The notes under the pieces were generated by a model. The model saw only the letters and a list, made by a program, of their open reading frames with translations, was not told the origin of the DNA and searched no databases. From contig OZ024762.1 of assembly GCA_964016885.1 (NCBI GenBank), positions 14,756,001 to 14,820,000 on the forward strand: 64,000 nt of DNA. The letters are read 5' to 3'. Within the stretch, counting starts at the first letter, position 1, and each line of letters begins with the position of its first letter. A program made the translations under genes and the position numbers. This DNA comes from Eledone cirrhosa. Taxonomy: Eukaryota. Shown here in pieces: positions 57,247-64,000 of this stretch.

Positions 57247-58193
57247 CCTCTCTTTCTCTCTCAGCTCCGATCTCGCAGAATCGTAAGAACGTCAGATAGA
57301 ATGTTCTGGCACTCTACACCAGGGGTTTTCAACCTGTTCCATGTGGACCACTAGTGGTCCACAAGAAAATTCAGGTGGTCCACAGAAAATTTTCAATAGC
57401 AAATTCCTTTTTGATCCATGACTTAAAGCTCTGTTCTTATTCTTCGCATAAGTACGACTTCAGCTGTTTATTTGCGTAGATTTTTAGGCACTGCGACATG
57501 ATAGCATTTTCTAATTCATTGAAAAAAAAAACAAAAACATCTACTGATGCTTATAAGTAGCAGTTCCATTACAAAAGATTTAAAAGTTTAGGTGGTCCAG
57601 AGGAAAAAATTACTTATGTTGGTGGTTCACAGAGAAAAAAAAGGTTGAGAACCCCTGCTCTACATTCTCTCTGTTCAAATTCCACCGAGTCGTTCGAACG
57701 TCAGACAGAATGTTCCGGTCTCTACTCAGTCTCAGTTCCGATCTCGCAGAGTCTTTATAGAACTTTGGGTAGAATGTTAGGTGCTCTTAGTCTTGTCTCT
57801 CCGTCTTCTTTCAGTTCCGATCCCGCTGAGGTCAACTTTGTATTTCCTCTTTACGGGATCGATAAAAAACAAAAGTACCAGTCTAATACTGGTAACAATT
57901 CTTCCTCTATGTCTCTTTCTCACTTCCTTCCTCTCTCTCTCTCTGTCTGTCTTTTACTGGGAGAAATCAGTTGTTTAGACATAGAGAGGGGGATGGGCTA
58001 CTGGTGTCAATTCTCCCTCTATGTCTCTTTCTCTCTTTGTCCTTCAGTAGGAAAAATCGGCTGGCTGTTTAGACATAGGAAGAAGGGATCGGCTCCCTCG
58101 GGGTTTATAATGCTAAAAAAAACACGCTGCATGTCTCGTCTCGTACCGACACGTCCCGCCACCACACCACTAGGAGTTACAGGTCCATACATA
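57120..58193 (+). mobile_element. Long-tail Meta-like SINE, fragmented (head duplications, (CT)n, nested hAT MITE)
   Basis: Head ggcgacgaattgtcagagtcg, Meta domain ~57825-57890, tail ggagttacaggtc(CATA). Confidence 0.7.
57320..57657. mobile_element. hAT/Charlie-type MITE
   Basis: TIR CAGGGGTTTTCAACCT / AGGTTGAGAACCCCTG; 8-bp TSD ctctacac (57312-57319) / ctctacat (57658-57665). Confidence 0.88.
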
Positions 58194-58719
58194 CAGAAAT
58201 CTAAAGTAACATTGCTGTCAACCATAACATTACATGTTCGCTCATCAGCCGTCAAATAGGAATGGACATTGCGATTTCAACACATTTACTGGAGGCATCA
58301 ACGGCCCATTCCTCTATGTCAGAGAATAGAGATAGAGGGAAGGCAGGAGGCGGATGTAGCAGAAACAGTTATCCAACCCCTGAAGAGATACATGTACCAC
58401 GATGCAGAACAACGAGGTAGGCGAAACAGAAAAAAAGAGAGACGGGGAGAGGAGAATAGGATAGGGCAGAGATAAGGCAGAGCTGTACAAAGGAACTTTC
58501 TTCTTCAATTCAAAACTGGGGCAGAAAAAAAATAGTGTCGGGCAACACAAAGACTGAACGAACTCCGTCAAGGGCGGTGCCCCATCCTGTTTTTTCCCCC
58601 ACCCGGTAACTCCTGGAGGAGTCATAGAGCCCAACGACGCACAATCTCGCGATTGTAAGCCCGACGATCTAACCACTAAGCCATGCGCCTTGTGTGTGTG
58701 TGTGTGTATATATATATAT

Positions 58720-58880
58720 AACGAAGGAAGTGTGGCAAGAAGGAACCAGGTGGACCATAACGCACCAGAGTACTCAATACTTAGGGTAGTAGGGTTGGTA
58801 ATAGGAAGTTGTACAAGACCCCGACGGCAGAGCTCAAGCCGTTTGACGGCTCTGCTGTCGGAGTCTTGAACAATTTCCTA
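58720..58880 (-). mobile_element. Family C Penelope-like 3' fragment with fold-back
   Basis: Same as the 21174 copies; a diverged relative at ~59080-59253 is centred on the gctaattc/gaattagc hairpin. Confidence 0.68.
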
Positions 58881-58953
58881 TATATATATATGTCATATTT
58901 CTCTCGCGCTCTCTCTCTCTCTCTTTACACACACACATTCATTATATATATAT

Positions 58954-59030
<77 letters not shown>

Positions 59031-59709
59031 TGTATTGTGTGAGAGAGAGAGAGAGAGTGGGGGACAGGATTTTTCCAGTTTTAAACTGGTACAGCAGAGT
59101 ACTCGATACTTCTAATAGTAGAGTATGACTATATTAGAAAAGGTCGGGGCCCGACGGCTGAGCTCTTGCCATTTCCAGAGCTAATTCCAGTTTCTAGAAT
59201 TAGCTATCCAAAGGGCAGGAGCTCCGCCGTCCGGTCCCAACTATCTCTCTAATATATATTATATATATATATATATATACACACACATGTATGTGCATAT
59301 ATATATGTATATTTATATGTATACGAAAAAGAGTGGTGTGCCGATGGGAACGTATTTTCCCCGTCCCCAAGGGTTTTCACCATATTTTTTATATGCTACT
59401 TTATAGCACCTCCACTCTTTATATTAACTTTATCCCCTCAGCACTTCGTATAAGTCCGAGAGATTGGTTAGGTATATACATATATAGATATATACATATA
59501 TATTCCACTATCCACCCACCCTCCCACTCTCAAAAGCGTGAACCAAAATAAACTCTTATTTGTACTACCCCTCTGTTTTTGTTCCCGTCTAAGTTTTAAC
59601 TATATATATATATATATATATGTGTGTGTCTATGTATGTATGTATGTATGTATGTATGTATGCATTTATGTGTGTGTATATATATATATATATATATTAA
59701 TATAGAAAT

Positions 59710-59760
59710 GGCTTCTACAGGACTAGAACTGTTTCATTCGGAGGAAATCATCAGAAAGCC
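59710..59760 (-). ncRNA. Type I hammerhead motif (family B, minus arm)
   Basis: ggcttt-CTGATGA-t-ttc ctcc gaa-t-GAAA-cag ttctagtc ctGTA-gaagcc. Confidence 0.72.
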
Positions 59761-59807
59761 CTTTCTGATGATTTCCTCCGAATGAAACAGTTCTAGTCCT
59801 GTAGAAG
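59761..59807 (+). ncRNA. Type I hammerhead motif (family B, plus arm)
   Basis: CTGATGA 59765-59771, GAAA 59784-59787, stem III acag/ctgt, GUA site at 59803, 4-bp stem I. Confidence 0.65.
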
Positions 59808-59893
59808 CCATTTCTATATTAAATTACTTTTACTCTGCTATGTATTGAGTACCTTACTTACTGTGGTTATCCCCGATTTTACCCGGGATCTAC

Positions 59894-59938
<45 letters not shown>

Positions 59939-60064
59939 GACTAGAAATGTTTCTTTCGTGAGAAATCCACAGGAAAGATTTTCCTCTGGATTTCTTATTA
60001 ATGAAACACCTCTAGCCGCGGAGACGTCGTTTCTGTGGTATAATTATACACACACAACACACAC

Positions 60065-60100
<36 letters not shown>

Positions 60101-60356
60101 CATACAGATGTGTATATATATAAATATATATATATATATACATACAGAGGTGTATATATATATATATATATATATACAGATGTGTATATATGTATATATA
60201 CATATATATCTAGATATATGTATATATAAATAAATATATATAAATATATATATTTATGTATTTTTAATACATATATATATAAATATATATATACATCTAG
60301 ATGAATGTATTTTTAATACATATATATATAAATATATATATATACATTTAGAGGTT

Positions 60357-60424
<68 letters not shown>

Positions 60425-60902
60425 TTAGAGGTACACATATATATATATATATATATATACATTTAGAGGTACACACATATATATATACACACATTTAGAT
60501 GTATATATATGTATATATATATACATCTAAATGTATATATATATACATCTCGATGTATTTATATTTATAGATATATACATCTCGATATATATATATATAT
60601 AAACATCTAGATGTATATACATTTATATATTCTATATATATCTAAACATTAATTAAATATGATGTATTGAAACTATATAGAGCTATTAAACGATTCGAAG
60701 AGATCTAAACTCATCTCATATATATATATATATATTTATATGTATGTACATCTTACATGTGTGTATGTTATATATACACATGTATAATGTATATACAACG
60801 GCGGTTTGATGGTGAGGGGGGGGGGGGTATCTATAGCCTTAGGTAGAAAGGAGCTTAAATTAATACTTTGGCTTCCATAAATACACAAGACCCCCCTGAT
60901 GG

Positions 60903-60944
<42 letters not shown>

Positions 60945-61106
60945 TAAATGTATCTAAATTTATATATATTTATATGCATATATATATATATAAATGTATA
61001 TATATATATATATATATAGGGTGTCCGGAAAAAATGCATACACACTTCAAACAACATTCTAATAAAAGTGTGTATACCTTTTTGGGACACAGTGTATGTG
61101 TGTGTG

Positions 61107-61255
<149 letters not shown>

Positions 61256-61574
61256 AGGCCAGCTGAAAATTTCATAGATTGACTATGAAGGTATGCTAGA
61301 GCTGTGAAATTTTGCATGACATTCGTTAATTTCAACACTTATTAATAACTGTATTGTTTCTTTCCAGGGACTTTGTTGTAAAATAAACCTTATTTGGTCA
61401 TTCCATGAGAGTATCTTAGTTAGCCTATGTACTTTTCAGCCAATTCTCGTTTATACAGGGTGTCCCCCAAAAATGTATACACGTTTTGATTAGAATACTG
61501 TTGAAGTGTGTATACATTTTTGGGGACACCCTATATATATATACATATATATAGATATATATATACATATATAT

Positions 61575-61770
61575 AGTTTATCCCGGGTTCAATCGGGGCT
61601 AACTACAGTAAGGTACTCAATACATAGCAGAGTATAAATATTTGATATATAATATAGAAATGGCTTCTACAGGACTAGAACTGTTTCATTCGGGAGAAAT
61701 CATCAGGGTTTCCTGGTGATTTCTCCCGGATGAAACAGTTCTAGCCCTATAGAAGCCATTTCTATATTAT
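61575..61770. mobile_element. Penelope-like hammerhead palindrome, family B
   Basis: Inverted arms around ~61708; tail on the minus strand. Confidence 0.75.
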
Positions 61771-61782
61771 ATATATATATAC

Positions 61783-61825
<43 letters not shown>

Positions 61826-62030
61826 TATACACGCATGCCAGTGTCTCTGGGATGTGTAAGAGATAATGTGTGTATGTGTGTGTATGTGTGTGTTCGCATG
61901 TGTGTGTTTCGCCAATAGGTTTAGGAGCTGGCACTGACGTCATTCGACAGATATAGCATCAATATGATCGACTGGAACCTGTAAGTTTGGTGGAGCATGT
62001 ATATATATACACACATATATATATATATAT

Positions 62031-62088
<58 letters not shown>

Positions 62089-62116
62089 TATACATATATA
62101 TACAATAAATATATCC

Positions 62117-62149
<33 letters not shown>

Positions 62150-62504
62150 TAAATATATCCATATATATAAATACACAAATATATATATACAGGGTGTCCC
62201 CAAAAATTGTATACACAAAGGCTGTGCATTCTAATAAATATTGCCTGTGCAGGTCATCAAGTATACGTATGTATACACATATATATTATCATATATATAT
62301 ATATATATATATGTATAGTAATACACATACATACATACATGTGTGTGTTTGGTCCTCCGTCGTTTCCAACTACGAGTGTTCCAGTTGAAATGATCAATGG
62401 AACAGCCATCTCATGAAATTAACGTGCAAGTGGCTGAGCATTCCACAGACGCGAGTGGCTTTATATCCTTAACGTAGTTTTCAGTGAGGTTGTATCTCCA
62501 GTTA

Positions 62505-63170
62505 GGTTTCTAGGGTGTCTTAATGATTGGCGACCCCAGTCCTATATCATGTTGTCGCTACAGTTCACATGTACGCAGGTTTAGCTGGGCCCATACAAGA
62601 AGTATCTTACAGGAGGTTTCTGGGGGTGTTTTAACGATTAGCGGCCCCAGTCCTATCATGTTGTCGCTACAGTTCACATGTACGCAGGTTTAGCTGGGCC
62701 CATACAAGAAGTATCTTACAGGAGGTTTCTGGGGGTGTTTTAACGATTAGCGGCCCCAGTCCTATCATGTTGTTGTTACAGCTCGCATTTACGTAGGTTT
62801 AGCTGGTCCCATACAAGTTTACACCTCATAGGAGGTTTCTAGGGTGTCTTAATGATTGGCGAGCTCGGTCCTATCATGTTGTTGTTACAGCTCACACTTA
62901 CGTAGGTTTAGCTGCCCCCATACAAGTTTACACCTCATAGGAGGTTTCTTGGGTGTTTTAATGATAGAGACCCCAGTGTGTCGCTACCCACGGGCTTTAG
63001 CTGGTCTCCGACGAAGTTATACCTCATAAGGGGTTTCTTTTGGTATTTTAAAGATTAGAGGCCCCAGTGTTGTCGTTACAGCTCACACCTATGGGGTTTA
63101 GCTGGTCTCCCACGAAGTTTTATCTCATGCGGGGTTTCTTGGGTATGTTAATGATAGATACCCCAACAGT
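62505..63170 (+). repeat. ~100-110-bp tandem repeat, 6-7 diverging copies
   Basis: Recurring ggtttct...ttaa.gat...ccccagt...tttagctgg. Confidence 0.88.
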
Positions 63171-63575
63171 TCTTGTCATATCACGGAAAACAACGAACAT
63201 AACAAAGAACATAACACGCCACCCTCTCCAGTAATCGAACGCAACCATATGATCGTGACAGTCCACATCCAAACTGCTGGGCCATATACGAAAATTTTGT
63301 GCTCTTTAGAAAGCTAAAAATATTTTAGAAACCTTCTCTTTGGAATAGTATGGTGTGATACTGAGGATAGAAGCGATTCGAAGAACCGGACCAAGGAAAC
63401 GAGGTTTCCATTGGTCTTTCTGCATTTGAACCAAAAGGAACTCAAAGCTCGGAATCAAGTACAGCAAGTCATAACATCAGATTCTTTCGCAATTCCGTTA
63501 ATCTACCGTTTAAGAAGGATTTCATGGTACGGACCTCCATCTGTTTCGGCGGGGAGTGTTCCAGAACAATACTTA

Positions 63576-63637
<62 letters not shown>

Positions 63638-64000
63638 TGTGTGTACTACTCGTGAAATGAACTTTAAGTGGTTGAGCATTAAACACAGACACGTGTCCCT
63701 CTTAATGTAATTCTCAGGGAGACTCAGTGTGACACTGTCTATGACAAGGCTGGCTGGTCCCTTTCAATTACAGACGCAACCCATCCGACGGACTTCCAAA
63801 CAGTTTCCGTCTACCAAATTTCACTCACAAGGGCATAGAGCAACTTAAAGCTATGTTAAAAGAAACTTGCCCAAGATGTCACGCAGTGAGACCGAACTCG
63901 GGACCTCATTATTGGGGGGAGGGGGTGCGTCTCTGTATATGTGCGTGTTTGCATCTTTATATATGTGTGTATGTGTGTGTGTGTGTGCGCATGCGATGGA

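Larger units (their letters stand above)
59697..59890. mobile_element. Penelope-like hammerhead palindrome, family B (best-preserved copy)
   Basis: Perfect ~62-bp inverted arms 59697-59758 and 59761-59822, TA-flanked. Confidence 0.78.

Noticed and set aside
58215-58255. Minus-strand CTGATGAGCGAAC as a hammerhead
   Set aside because: No stem II, GAAC instead of GAAA, no convincing stem I

Overview
Repeat-saturated, AT-rich eukaryotic (animal) DNA. It is most likely octopus/cephalopod, inferred from the SINE types and the extreme (TA)n/(CA)n/(GA)n density. No host protein-coding gene can be supported, and almost all listed ORFs are microsatellite or satellite artefacts. Real content: the 3' part of an L1/Tx1-type LINE, four RTE-type LINE 3' remnants, a Penelope-like GIY-YIG endonuclease remnant, many tRNA-derived SINEs, three MITE families and several minisatellites. 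The most striking signal is a set of at least four sequence families of short palindromic elements in (TA)n tracts whose arms carry type I hammerhead ribozyme folds (CUGANGA...GAAA...UH), usually one per strand. Their inversion points often fall inside or next to ribozyme helices. A second theme is that three large tandem arrays (81, 22 and 31 bp units) arose inside recognisable retroelement 3' ends. Coordinates were read by eye; repeat boundaries are approximate.
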